Notes under the pieces: generated by a model | Seen by the model: the letters and a program-made list of their open reading frames with translations, nothing else | What the model was told of the DNA's origin: nothing | Databases searched by the model: none | Source: Candidatus Aminicenantes bacterium | GTDB lineage: Bacteria > Acidobacteriota > Aminicenantia > Aminicenantales > Saccharicenantaceae | Direction of reading: 5' to 3' | NCBI GenBank assembly: GCA_963736255.1 | Contig: CAVTOI010000002.1 | Span: 1,038,486 to 1,102,485, forward strand | DNA: 64,000 nucleotides | Shown here: positions 1-11,100 of the stretch, piece by piece | Layout: each line of letters begins with the position of its first letter | Numbering within the stretch: the first letter of the stretch is position 1 | Translations under genes and position numbers: made by a program

Positions 1-2148
1 CGTCGGCGAGCCCTCGCTCGTGCCGCTCGTATGGTCGTCGGGCAGGCAGACGAGGATCAGCTGGGGCATCCGGCCTTCCTTCTCCCAGGCCGCGACCTGG
101 TTCACGATATAGCGGGCCCGCCACTGGTCGGGGACGTCCATGTTCCAGCCGAGCGTGTCGGTCGGGGAGAAGGGGGCGACCGAGGGAATGGCCGGGGTGC
201 TGCCGATCGTGACCTCGCCGCGGCCGTTGAGGTATTCGTCCCAATAATCCTCCCACCGCGGGGCGCCCTTCCGCTCGGGGTCCTTCCAGCCGCAGGTCTG
301 CATCGTGAACTCCCCGAAATTCCAGAGTGAGATGCCGTGCTTCAGGGCGTTGTCCCAGATGAAGCCGCTCGGCGCATAGGCCAGGGCGTCGATCTCGTCG
401 GAGCCCATGCCGTCGGGATAGCTCCGGGGCCATCCCGCAAAGGACCGCTCGAGGTAATCGGTGCCGAAGGCCGTCGTCGACCACTGGTGCCCGTCGGCGC
501 TGAGGATGCCGCTGCAATAGGTGTTGTCGAGGAGGACGAAGTCGCGGACGAGCTTGTGCTGGTTGGGCGTCACCTTTTCGCCGAAGATGCAGAGCGCCGG
601 GTCTCCGTTGCCCGCTGCGACGTCGCCGAGGACCTGGTCGTAGGTCCGGTTCTCCTTGATGATATAGACGACGTGCTTGAAGACGCTCGGCTCGCCGATC
701 CGCTCGGGGACGGGCCGGGCCGGCTGGCCGGGCCTCGGCTTCTGCAGGGCTTGGCGCATCCGCTCGCGGCGGAAGTTGGTGTCGACGATCCCGGTCAGGT
801 CCCAGAGCTGTTTCTGCCGCGGCTCCGGGAAGAAGGAGACCGAGCCGTGGTACATATAGGAGTTGAAGCCCGGGGCCCCGGACGGCCCGGATTCCGCGGG
901 CTCGACCGCGTGCCCCTTGATGTTGGCGACATAGAGGATGCCGCGCCGCTCGTTCAACGCCAGCGCGCCCGGGAACCAGCCGACGGGAATAAGCCCTTTC
1001 AGACTGGACTTCCGCCGGCGCGGCCTGAACTTGATGGCGGCGACGGCGTTCTGGGTGCCGTTGGCGACATAGAGCGTCTTCCCGTCCCGGGAAAAGACCA
1101 GGGCGTTGGGCGAGGCGCCGAAGAGGTCGGCCGGACTCGACTTCGCCCAGATCGTCTCGGCGACCGTATCGGTCGCCGTGGCGATGACGCTGAGGTTGTC
1201 CGAGGCGGCATTGGCGCAGACGACCCAGCGGCCGTCGGGCGACAGGGCCAGGGCCGAGGCGTGGAGCTGGACGAGGACCTCGGTCTTCAGGGCCCCGGCC
1301 GCAAGGTCGATGACGCTGACGGAACCCTCGCTGGCGATGTGCCTCACCGGGTCGACCCTGACCTCTGTGCCCCGTCCCGCCGGTCCGGTGAGATCGCCCG
1401 GCATCGGCCGGCGCCCGCCCCAGTTGCTGACGTAGGCCTTGCCGCCGGCGAGGACGACGTCGAAAGGCGCGACACCCACGTCGAAGGTCCGCAGGACCTC
1501 GCCGGTCTCCGTACCGAGCTCGAGGAGGCGGTTGGACAGGTTGCCGCAGACGTAAAGCCGCTTGCCGTCGGGCGTGACGGCCAGCCCCGCTGGGATCTCC
1601 TCGGCCCGCCGGGGTGCGCCCGCGAGGGGCAGGGGGAACGTGTGCGAAGGCTCGACGGTCCCGTCCGGGTCGACGCCGAAGACCTTGATGCTTCCGTCGA
1701 CGTTGCTCATATAGATCCGGCGGCCGCCGGGAGCGAAGACGAGGCCCGTGTAGCTCAGCTGGCCCTCTTCGTCGGGGTCGAGGATCATCGGAGATACGAC
1801 CTCGGGACGCTGTTCCTCCTGCTCCTCGGCCGGGAGGACGACCTGCTGCGCGATCCGGCCCGTGAGGGCGTCGAGGATGACGAGCTCGTGCGTCTTGCCG
1901 GCGACGGCCAGGAGCTTCCCGTCAGGGGACAGGGCCAGGGCCTGGGGCCGGAGCCCGGGCAGAGTCGACTGGGTGCCGAACGGCGTCACGATCTGGTTGA
2001 CGGGCAGGACCGTCCGTCCAAGCCCCTTGGCCCCGACCGTGTCCTTGTCCTGACCGGCGGGGACGACGCTCCCGCCGGACGGGGCGATGAGGAGGAGAAG
2101 TCCGATCGAAGCCGCGGTGGCAGCGACGCGGAGAGGCCGTGGTGCCAT
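1..2148 (-). CDS. YVTN/YncE beta-propeller + phosphoesterase (alkaline-phosphatase-like) protein, 3'-truncated by the window edge
   Basis: Not in the ORF track because it runs off the edge. Manual translation from ATG 2148: MAPRPLRVAATAASIGLLLL (signal peptide), propeller repeats (ALALSPDGK), then KHVVYIIKENRTYDQVLGD and DNTYCSGILSADGHQW, typical of this fusion family. Confidence 0.85.
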   Translation of the reverse strand, partial: MAPRPLRVAATAASIGLLLLIAPSGGSVVPAGQDKDTVGAKGLGRTVLPVNQIVTPFGTQSTLPGLRPQALALSPDGKLLAVAGKTHELVILDALTGRIAQQVVLPAEEQEEQRPEVVSPMILDPDEEGQLSYTGLVFAPGGRRIYMSNVDGSIKVFGVDPDGTVEPSHTFPLPLAGAPRRAEEIPAGLAVTPDGKRLYVCGNLSNRLLELGTETGEVLRTFDVGVAPFDVVLAGGKAYVSNWGGRRPMPGDLTGPAGRGTEVRVDPVRHIASEGSVSVIDLAAGALKTEVLVQLHASALALSPDGRWVVCANAASDNLSVIATATDTVAETIWAKSSPADLFGASPNALVFSRDGKTLYVANGTQNAVAAIKFRPRRRKSSLKGLIPVGWFPGALALNERRGILYVANIKGHAVEPAESGPSGAPGFNSYMYHGSVSFFPEPRQKQLWDLTGIVDTNFRRERMRQALQKPRPGQPARPVPERIGEPSVFKHVVYIIKENRTYDQVLGDVAAGNGDPALCIFGEKVTPNQHKLVRDFVLLDNTYCSGILSADGHQWSTTAFGTDYLERSFAGWPRSYPDGMGSDEIDALAYAPSGFIWDNALKHGISLWNFGEFTMQTCGWKDPERKGAPRWEDYWDEYLNGRGEVTIGSTPAIPSVAPFSPTDTLGWNMDVPDQWRARYIVNQVAAWEKEGRMPQLILVCLPDDHTSGTSEGSPT

Positions 2149-2157
2149 GGGGCGCTC

Positions 2158-2925
2158 CTATTTGATGAGTCTTTTGCGCATCATGCGAATGGAGACCGTG
2201 AAGATGACCGCCGCGAAGGCCGCGAGCCCGGCCAGGCTCCAGCCGAGCCCGGCCGCGGGCTCGCCGGTGAAGACCGCGCGCGAAATGCGGACCGCGTGGG
2301 TCAGGGGCAGGAATTCGGCGAATGTTCTCATCCAGCCCGGGAAATTGTCGAGAGGGAAAAAGACCCCGGAGAAGAACAGCATCGGGGTCATGACAAGCTC
2401 CGTGTAATAGCTGAAGAAATCGAAGCTCGGGGCGACCGAAGTGACGATCATGGCCAGCGAGCCGAAGAGGATGCCGATGAAGGCCATGAACACGAGGAGG
2501 AGGGCGGCCCGCCAGACCGAGGCCGGGGCCACGCCCATGAACAGGGCGACGAGCATCATGAGGGAGCCGCTGATGAGTCCCCGGAACGAGCCCCAGGCGA
2601 TGTCGCCGGCCACGGCCTCGTCGGCCGAGACGGGCGTCGCGATGAGGGAATCGTAGACCTTCTCGTGGACGATCTTGACGTAGGTCCCGTAGAGGCATTC
2701 GAACGACGAGGACATCATCGCCGCCGAGGCCAGGACGCCGGGGACGAGGAAGTGGAGATAGGGCTTGCCGCCGAACGCGCCCATGTAGGCGCCCATGCCG
2801 ACGCCGAAGGTGATGAGATAGAACAGCGGCTCGACCAGGCTCACCAGGAATGCCGGGAGGACGAACCTCTTGTAGGAATAGAGGTTTCTCAAAAAGACGT
2901 AGGAGATGCGGTAGGACAGGCTCAT
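2158..2925 (-). CDS. ABC-2 exporter permease (NodJ-like)
   Basis: About six hydrophobic segments, EPLFYL..FGVGMG, FFSGVFFP and LPLTHAV motifs; 4-bp overlap with the ATPase gene. Confidence 0.9.
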   Translation of the reverse strand: MSLSYRISYVFLRNLYSYKRFVLPAFLVSLVEPLFYLITFGVGMGAYMGAFGGKPYLHFLVPGVLASAAMMSSSFECLYGTYVKIVHEKVYDSLIATPVSADEAVAGDIAWGSFRGLISGSLMMLVALFMGVAPASVWRAALLLVFMAFIGILFGSLAMIVTSVAPSFDFFSYYTELVMTPMLFFSGVFFPLDNFPGWMRTFAEFLPLTHAVRISRAVFTGEPAAGLGWSLAGLAAFAAVIFTVSIRMMRKRLIK

Positions 2926-3839
2926 TCGTGGAGGCTCCGTCCCGTGAGCTTGAGGAAGACGTCCTCGAGGGTCGCCGGCCGGTTCAGCGTGTTGGGCAGG
3001 TCGAGCTCGAGGAGCCTCTTCATCATGCCGTGACCGTCGCGGCAGTAGATGTAGAGGGTGTCGCCGACGCGCTCGTGGGAGCAGTCGAAGCCGGCGACAT
3101 GGCCGAGGATCCTCGCGTCGTCCTCGGGCGGCGTCCGGACCTCGACGACCTCCTTGCCGATCTCCTCCTCAACGAGCCGGCCCGGCGTGCCCTCCTTGAG
3201 GATCTTCCCCTGGTACATGACGACGATCCGGTCGCAGAGCTGCTGGGCCTCCTCCATGTATTGCGTGGTCAGGACGAGCGTCGCGCCCTGGGCCTTGAGC
3301 TGGCGAAGCCGCTGCCAGATGAGGTGGCGCGCCTGCGGATCGAGCCCCGTCGTCGGCTCGTCGGCGACGATGAGCCGGGGCCGGTTGATCAGGGCCCGGG
3401 CGATGAGCAGGCGCCGCTTCATGCCCGTCGACAGGTCCGAGATCTTGCACTTGGCCTTGGCCTCGAGCTCGACGAAGCGGAGGAGCTCGGCGATGCGGGC
3501 CTTGGCCTCCCGGCGTCCGATGTCGAAGAAGCGGGCGAAGATGATGAGGTTCTCGGCTACGGTCAGGTCGATGTCGAGATTGATCTCCTGCGGGATGACC
3601 CCGGTGATCTTCTTCAGGGCGCGGTTGTCGATCCCGGACGGCAGGCCGCCGACCGTGAGCGTCCCCGCGGTCACGGGCGAGACGCAATGGATCATGCGGA
3701 CCGTTGTCGTCTTGCCGGCCCCGTTCGGGCCGAGGAAACCGAAGCACTCGCCCTCGCGGATCTCGAAGTCGATGCCGGCCACGGCGACGAGGTCGCCGTA
3801 CTTTTTGGTCAGCCCGGAGGCTTTGACGAGGATCGCCAT
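2922..3839 (-). CDS. ABC exporter ATP-binding subunit (NodI/DrrA-like)
   Basis: Start re-called at MAILVKAS (3839). Walker A GPNGAGKTT, signature LSTGM, Walker B IVADEPT, C-terminal ATLEDVFLKLTG. Confidence 0.92.
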   Translation of the reverse strand: MAILVKASGLTKKYGDLVAVAGIDFEIREGECFGFLGPNGAGKTTTVRMIHCVSPVTAGTLTVGGLPSGIDNRALKKITGVIPQEINLDIDLTVAENLIIFARFFDIGRREAKARIAELLRFVELEAKAKCKISDLSTGMKRRLLIARALINRPRLIVADEPTTGLDPQARHLIWQRLRQLKAQGATLVLTTQYMEEAQQLCDRIVVMYQGKILKEGTPGRLVEEEIGKEVVEVRTPPEDDARILGHVAGFDCSHERVGDTLYIYCRDGHGMMKRLLELDLPNTLNRPATLEDVFLKLTGRSLHE

Positions 3840-3849
3840 GGTCCCTTTC

Positions 3850-6006
<2,157 letters not shown>

Positions 6007-6050
6007 GGGCTTCGCGCTCTTAAAACACTACAGGAACCCCCTCGGACCTG

Positions 6051-6118
6051 TCAACGGGAAATGGGGACGCTTCGGTTTTTCGCCCCGAAAAACGGAAGCG
6101 TCCCCATTTCCCGGTTGA
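6051..6118. repeat. Long intergenic palindrome (REP/MITE-like hairpin) between divergent genes
   Basis: GGGAAATGGGGACGCTTC-g-GTTTTTCG-ccc-CGAAAAAC-g-GAAGCGTCCCCATTTCCC: 26 of 27 arm positions pair, and the outer TCAAC/GTTGA also pair. Confidence 0.85.
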
Positions 6119-6178
6119 GGGGAAGGAGGGGAGGTGGTAAGATAGAAATGCAGCAAGTCATCGATAGGAGGAGGCCCT

Positions 6179-6400
6179 ATGTCCAGCATCACTTATATGT
6201 GTTCGGTATGCGGCAAGCAGGCTGTGGCGGAAAAGGGCAAGCCGATCCCGCTGTGCTGCAAGAAGGAAATGGAGCCGCTGCCGTTCTGCACGACGCAGCC
6301 CCATCCCGAGATGGCCCGCAACTACGACGAAGACCTTCCCTGCGACGACGGCACCCAGGTCCATCCGAAGCCCGAGCCCGGTCCCGCCAAGAAGGGATAG
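6179..6400 (+). CDS. Small Cys-rich metal-binding protein, desulforedoxin-like N-terminus
   Basis: Strong RBS GGAGGAGG; YxCxxCG-x13-CCxxxM motif; upstream TTGAGG-17-TAAGAT promoter-like sequence. Confidence 0.75.
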   Translation: MSSITYMCSVCGKQAVAEKGKPIPLCCKKEMEPLPFCTTQPHPEMARNYDEDLPCDDGTQVHPKPEPGPAKKG

Positions 6401-6411
6401 CGACGGCCCGG

Positions 6412-7779
6412 TCAGGCCTTTTTCTTGTCCCTGACGACCACCCGGTCGTAGATCCACAGCCCGATGACGGAGAGGACCCCGATGGCTACGATGATGAGCC
6501 ACATCGTCACCGTGTCGACCGGACGGCCCTCCTTGAGCGGCGTGTCGATGTAGCGCTGGAACATCCCGCCCCCGATGGGCCCGCCGATGATGCTGGCCAG
6601 CGCGATCGGCAGGCTCTGATAGCCGAGATACAACCCCTCCTGCCCCTTGGGGGCGATGGCCCCGATGTACTCGTAGACGCGCGGTGAGGCCATCATCTCG
6701 CCCACGGCCATCGAGGCGATGGAGATGATCATGAAGATCCCGGCGATGGGCAGGCTCAGCCCGAGCAGGCCGGTCTTCACGTTGGGGTCGGCGAAGAGAA
6801 GGGGCGGCAGGATGTTGACCAGCATTCCCAAGGTCACGACGATGGCGCCGAGCATGATCGTCTTGACCGGGAGCCACCGCTTGACCACGCGCGTGATGAG
6901 AAGCTGGAAGCAGACGATCATGATCGGGTTGGCCAGGGTGTAGAGCTCCATGGGGGCGTTCGGGTCGACGTAGCGCATGAACAGGGGCATGAGGTTGTAG
7001 AGCTGGATGTAGAGGAACCAGAACATGCCCAGGACGAGGATGAGGAAGAGGAACTTGAGGTTGCCCAGGACGATGAAGATGCCCCCGAGCGCCTGGCCGA
7101 GCGTCCGCTTCCGGACCTTCTGGCCGTCCTTGATGCCGTCGCTGACGTACTCCGGCTCCTTATAGATGAACAGGGCAACGATGAGGCCGATCAGGGCGAA
7201 CGAGGTCGCGGCGTAGGTGAAGATGGCCGGGATGCCCAGGCTCGTGCGGATGAAATAGGACACGCTCCGGCCGGTGATCGAGCCGATATTGATGACCATG
7301 TAGAAGACGCCGAAGGCCAGGGTGGCCCGCGTGCCCGCCGTTTTCTGGACGGTGCCGGCGATGCAGGGCTTGACGATCGACCCGCCGAGTCCGATGAGGA
7401 CGATGCCCAGGACGACCGGGACGGTGAAGTCGACCGCCTCGGCGGCCCCCTTGCCGATGACCCCGGGCCAGAGCCGCTGGACGTTGCCCATGATGAAGTA
7501 GCCAAGCGAGATGAAGACAAATGAAAGGGACAGCGACCGCTTGAAGCCGAATTTGTCGGCCAGCGTGCCCGACAGGATGGGCATGAAGTAAATGATGCCC
7601 CACAGGAGGGAGCCGTTGAGGAAGGTCGCGAACTCGGGGCTCATCCCCAGCGATTCCTTCAGGTAGATGACCATGAAAGAGGCCATGGAATAGTAGGCGG
7701 CCCGCTCGAAGAGCTCGATGGTGTTGGCCGTCCAGAACGTGGCCGGGAATTTCGGCTTGACGGTCGGTTGATCGTTCAT
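6412..7779 (-). CDS. MFS transporter, POT/peptide-transporter-like
   Basis: Start MNDQPT (7779) after GGAGGAG. ELFERAAYY (ExxERxxYY) and FYMVINIGS motifs; about 12 TM segments. Confidence 0.88.
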   Translation of the reverse strand: MNDQPTVKPKFPATFWTANTIELFERAAYYSMASFMVIYLKESLGMSPEFATFLNGSLLWGIIYFMPILSGTLADKFGFKRSLSLSFVFISLGYFIMGNVQRLWPGVIGKGAAEAVDFTVPVVLGIVLIGLGGSIVKPCIAGTVQKTAGTRATLAFGVFYMVINIGSITGRSVSYFIRTSLGIPAIFTYAATSFALIGLIVALFIYKEPEYVSDGIKDGQKVRKRTLGQALGGIFIVLGNLKFLFLILVLGMFWFLYIQLYNLMPLFMRYVDPNAPMELYTLANPIMIVCFQLLITRVVKRWLPVKTIMLGAIVVTLGMLVNILPPLLFADPNVKTGLLGLSLPIAGIFMIISIASMAVGEMMASPRVYEYIGAIAPKGQEGLYLGYQSLPIALASIIGGPIGGGMFQRYIDTPLKEGRPVDTVTMWLIIVAIGVLSVIGLWIYDRVVVRDKKKA

Positions 7780-7813
7780 GCGGGGTCTCCTCCCTCCAGA
7801 CGCACGGTCCGGG

Positions 7814-8323
7814 TCATTTGGCTTTGGGGACGGGGATCCTGTCTTCGGCGCGGCGGAGCAGGCCGTCGCAGGCCTCACGGCCCGGCGCCTCCAGGACGAC
7901 GACGAGAACGGGGCCCTTCTTCGCGGCCCCGGCCCAGTCGCCGGTCTCGATCATCTCGACGAAGCGGGATCGTCCCGGATCGAACGATCCCGAGAAAAAA
8001 TCCCGCCCGAAGCGCTCGTAGACCTTACCGGCCTCGTCGGCGGCGGGATAAACGACGACGAGCAGGAGGGCTTCGCCGGCCTCCGTCCGATAGCGGGCGA
8101 AGGCCGCGTCCGTCTTCCGGCCGAGCCCGAGTACGGACTCGTCGGCGAGATAGTAACGGGTATTGAGGGCCGCCTGGTCGCGGATGACCGCGACGCTCGA
8201 CGAAATGAGCCCTTCGGCCGGGAGAACGTCGCGGGCCCGGGTCGCTCCCGCGGCCTGCGCCGATGCGGCGAGAGGGGAGAGGACGGCTGTGAGGAGCGCC
8301 AGGATGGAGAACGTTTTTCGCAT
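7814..8323 (-). CDS. Exported hypothetical protein
   Basis: Signal peptide MRKTFSILALLTAVLSPLAASAQA; RBS-like GGAGGG upstream; in operon order after pit. Confidence 0.7.
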   Translation of the reverse strand: MRKTFSILALLTAVLSPLAASAQAAGATRARDVLPAEGLISSSVAVIRDQAALNTRYYLADESVLGLGRKTDAAFARYRTEAGEALLLVVVYPAADEAGKVYERFGRDFFSGSFDPGRSRFVEMIETGDWAGAAKKGPVLVVVLEAPGREACDGLLRRAEDRIPVPKAK

Positions 8324-8341
8324 GGGCCCCCTGTCCCTCCC

Positions 8342-9358
8342 CTAAAGGATGAACTTGTCGACAAGGCTGATCAGAAAATAGAAAACACCCGCGGTCAACG
8401 CCGCGCCGGGGATGGTGAAGATCCAGGCCCAGACGATCTTCAGGGTCACGCCCCAACGGACGGCCGACAGCCGTTTGGCGGCGCCGACGCCGGAGATGGC
8501 CCCGGTGATGACATGGGTCGTGCTGACAGGGACCCCGGCATGGGTGGCGAAGAAGATGCTGATGGCGCTGGCCGTCTCGGCGCAGAACCCGTCGATCGGC
8601 CGGAGCTTGGTGATCTTCTGGCCCATCGTCTTGACGATGCGCCAGCCGCCTGAGAGCGTTCCCAGGGCGATCGCGGCATGAGCGGAAAGGACGATCCAGA
8701 GCGGGATCTGGAACACCTTGTTCGGGTCGGTGCTGGACACAAAGATCAGGCTGGCGATGATGCCCATCGTCTTTTGGGCGTCGTTGCCGCCGTGGCCCAG
8801 GCTGTAGAGGGCGGCCGAGAGGAGCTGCAAGCGGCGCGCGGCCTTGTTGATGCGGGTCGGGTTCCCTCTGCGGACGATCCAAGTGGTGGCCGTGATAAAG
8901 AGGACACCCAGGGCCATGCCGAGAAGGGGGGCGATGAAGATGAACATGATCGTCTTGACCCAGCCGTGGGCGATGATGACCCCCGGGCCCGCCTTGACGA
9001 TGGCCGCCCCGGCGTAGCCGCCGATGAGCGCGTGGGAGGAGCTCGTCGGCAGGCCCATGAACCAGGTGAAGATGTTCCAGCCGATGGCCCCGAGAAGGGC
9101 GGCGAAGATGACCGGAGGCGTCACGACCGAGATGTCGATCATCCCCGAGCCGATCGTGTGGGCCACACCCGTGCCGAAGATGAGGAAGGCCGCGAAATTG
9201 AAGAAGGCCGCCCAGAGGACGGCCTGGCGCGGCGACAGGACCCGCGTCGAGACGACGGTGGCGATGGAGTTGGCCGCGTCGTGCATGCCGTTGGTGAAAT
9301 CGAAAGCCAACGCGACGAGGATGATGAAGATGACGAAGAGGAGGCCGGCGTCAGGCAT
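8342..9358 (-). CDS. pit: Inorganic phosphate transporter (PiT family)
   Basis: GMHDAANSIAT, PTSSSHALIGG, GGNDAQKTMG and PVSTTH signatures. Confidence 0.95.
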   Translation of the reverse strand: MPDAGLLFVIFIILVALAFDFTNGMHDAANSIATVVSTRVLSPRQAVLWAAFFNFAAFLIFGTGVAHTIGSGMIDISVVTPPVIFAALLGAIGWNIFTWFMGLPTSSSHALIGGYAGAAIVKAGPGVIIAHGWVKTIMFIFIAPLLGMALGVLFITATTWIVRRGNPTRINKAARRLQLLSAALYSLGHGGNDAQKTMGIIASLIFVSSTDPNKVFQIPLWIVLSAHAAIALGTLSGGWRIVKTMGQKITKLRPIDGFCAETASAISIFFATHAGVPVSTTHVITGAISGVGAAKRLSAVRWGVTLKIVWAWIFTIPGAALTAGVFYFLISLVDKFIL

Positions 9359-9363
9359 GAGGC

Positions 9364-9990
9364 TTAGTTGGACTTGAGGATGATCTCCTCGATGACGTTA
9401 GCCACGTCCTCGCAGCGGTCGGCGGCGACCTCGAGCCGGGTGTAGATCTCCTTGAGCTTGATGAGGTCTTTGAGCTCCGCGGCCGTCTCCGACTTCTCGA
9501 AGAGCTCGGCGATGGCCTCCCTGCAGATGACGTCGGCCTCGTACTCGAGGATGTTGATCTGCTTGCAGAAGGCGTGGACGTGACCCAGCGATTCGAGGTG
9601 GTCGATGGCCTCGAAGATCTGCTCGACGGCCTTGACGATGACGTCGACGAGCTTCTTGACCTCGGGCGTCGGCCGGGCCAGCTTGAAGGTCCACATGCGG
9701 CTGGCCACGCCCTCGATGCAGTCGAGGACGTCGTCGAGGCCGCTGGCCAGGCCGTGGATGTCCTCCCGCTCGAGCGGGGTGATGAAGGTGTCGCGGAGCC
9801 GGGTGAAGAGCTCGTGGGTGATGTTGTCGCCCTGGTGCTCGATGGCCTTGATGTGCTCGTATTTCTTCCCGACGTCCTCGTAGTGGTCGACGAGCTCCTG
9901 GAGGGCCAGGGCGCCCTTCCGGAGGTTGGCGGCGTCCTCGCGGAAGAGGTCGAAGAATTTGTGGTCTTTTGGAAAGAGCTTAAATGCCAT
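9364..9990 (-). CDS. DUF47/PhoU-like phosphate transport regulator
   Basis: EHQGD, FITPLEREDI, EYEAD and DRCEDVA motifs; directly upstream of pit. Confidence 0.92.
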   Translation of the reverse strand: MAFKLFPKDHKFFDLFREDAANLRKGALALQELVDHYEDVGKKYEHIKAIEHQGDNITHELFTRLRDTFITPLEREDIHGLASGLDDVLDCIEGVASRMWTFKLARPTPEVKKLVDVIVKAVEQIFEAIDHLESLGHVHAFCKQINILEYEADVICREAIAELFEKSETAAELKDLIKLKEIYTRLEVAADRCEDVANVIEEIILKSN

Positions 9991-10071
9991 GGTGATGTTC
10001 CAAGCCTCGAGGGGCTCATACTAACGGAGCCCGGGGGCGATGTCAACCGGCGGGCCGGGGGCGCCGAGCCC

Positions 10072-10986
10072 CTATCGGGCGACCTTGATCTCGAAGATCT
10101 GGCGGATCTTGCCCTTCATGCCTTCCTTGCCCGTGATGATGACGTCGACGTAGCTCGTCCCGGGTCCGAGGGCGTGCGGGAAGCGGAGGTCGACCGTCTT
10201 CATGGCCGCGAGCTCGGCGTCCGTGACCACGACGGAACGGGCGTCGGAGAAGCTCTCCTTCTTGGCCCCCCCATCGGTGTAGACATAGAAGAGGAACCTC
10301 AGGTCGATCTGCAGGCGGCCGTCGTCGTTCTCCCGGAACATCAGGCCCTTGGTCGGGAGGCGGACCTCGATCTCCCCGGGGCCCGGATCGTACAATGCTT
10401 CGAACTTGATGAACTTCCGGCTGAAGACGTCGTCGGCCCGGACGAAGCGGCCGAGCTTGACGAGGTCCATGGCCCCGAAGAAGTCCCCGTCATAGTCGGT
10501 GATACGATAGCGGCCGTCGCCCCGCTCGTCGGCGAACTGGACGCCCAGTCTGTCGTCGTAGTAGATCCACCAGACAGTGAAGCCGCCGCCCTGGCCGCTC
10601 GCAGGGGGGAATTCCTCGACCTTGTCGGGCGGGCCCATGAAGATGTAGACCCGGCCGCGGTCCGTGTTGTAGGCCGGCCCGCCTTCCTTGTTGAACCGCT
10701 TGGCGACGAACTCGACGCGGGCATCGAAGTCCTTTTTATACTCGTTCTCCGGCGTGTCGGGGTCGGGGTCCCGCTTGAGCCAGAAGTCGGCGATGAACTC
10801 CTTGCGGCTCGCGGCGTCCGGGAGCAGGCGGAAGATCTTCGTCTCCTCCTTGGTCATGATGAGCCGGGCTGTCTGGTAGAACTTCTCGCTATCGGGGTCG
10901 AGCTTCTTGGCTCCGGCGAGATCGGTCGCTGACAGGCCGGCCAGGACCACAAAGAGCAGCGGGACGAGGCGTTTCGTCTTGATCAT
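10072..10986 (-). CDS. GWxTD-domain protein (exported)
   Basis: Start MIKTKR (10986). FIADFWLKRDPDPDTPENE...TDRGRVYIFMGPPD core; the motif reads AYNTD instead of GWxTD. Confidence 0.85.
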   Translation of the reverse strand: MIKTKRLVPLLFVVLAGLSATDLAGAKKLDPDSEKFYQTARLIMTKEETKIFRLLPDAASRKEFIADFWLKRDPDPDTPENEYKKDFDARVEFVAKRFNKEGGPAYNTDRGRVYIFMGPPDKVEEFPPASGQGGGFTVWWIYYDDRLGVQFADERGDGRYRITDYDGDFFGAMDLVKLGRFVRADDVFSRKFIKFEALYDPGPGEIEVRLPTKGLMFRENDDGRLQIDLRFLFYVYTDGGAKKESFSDARSVVVTDAELAAMKTVDLRFPHALGPGTSYVDVIITGKEGMKGKIRQIFEIKVAR

Positions 10987-11100
10987 GGGATCCCTCTCTC
11001 CTCTTATCTTACCATGAAGCGAGGCGGCTCCGAAGCGCCGGGGCGACTCGCCCCTCGCGGAAGGGCCGCTATGGTAGAATGGTTGAGAATGGAGACCGGA

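Noticed and set aside
337-3033. 898-aa plus-strand ORF, and similar long ORFs such as 58757-60844, 30299-32941, 26722-28695, 46508-48865 and 18005-19999
   Set aside because: They are antisense shadows of well-supported genes; high-GC codon bias removes stops on the opposite strand, and the translations have no recognisable motifs.
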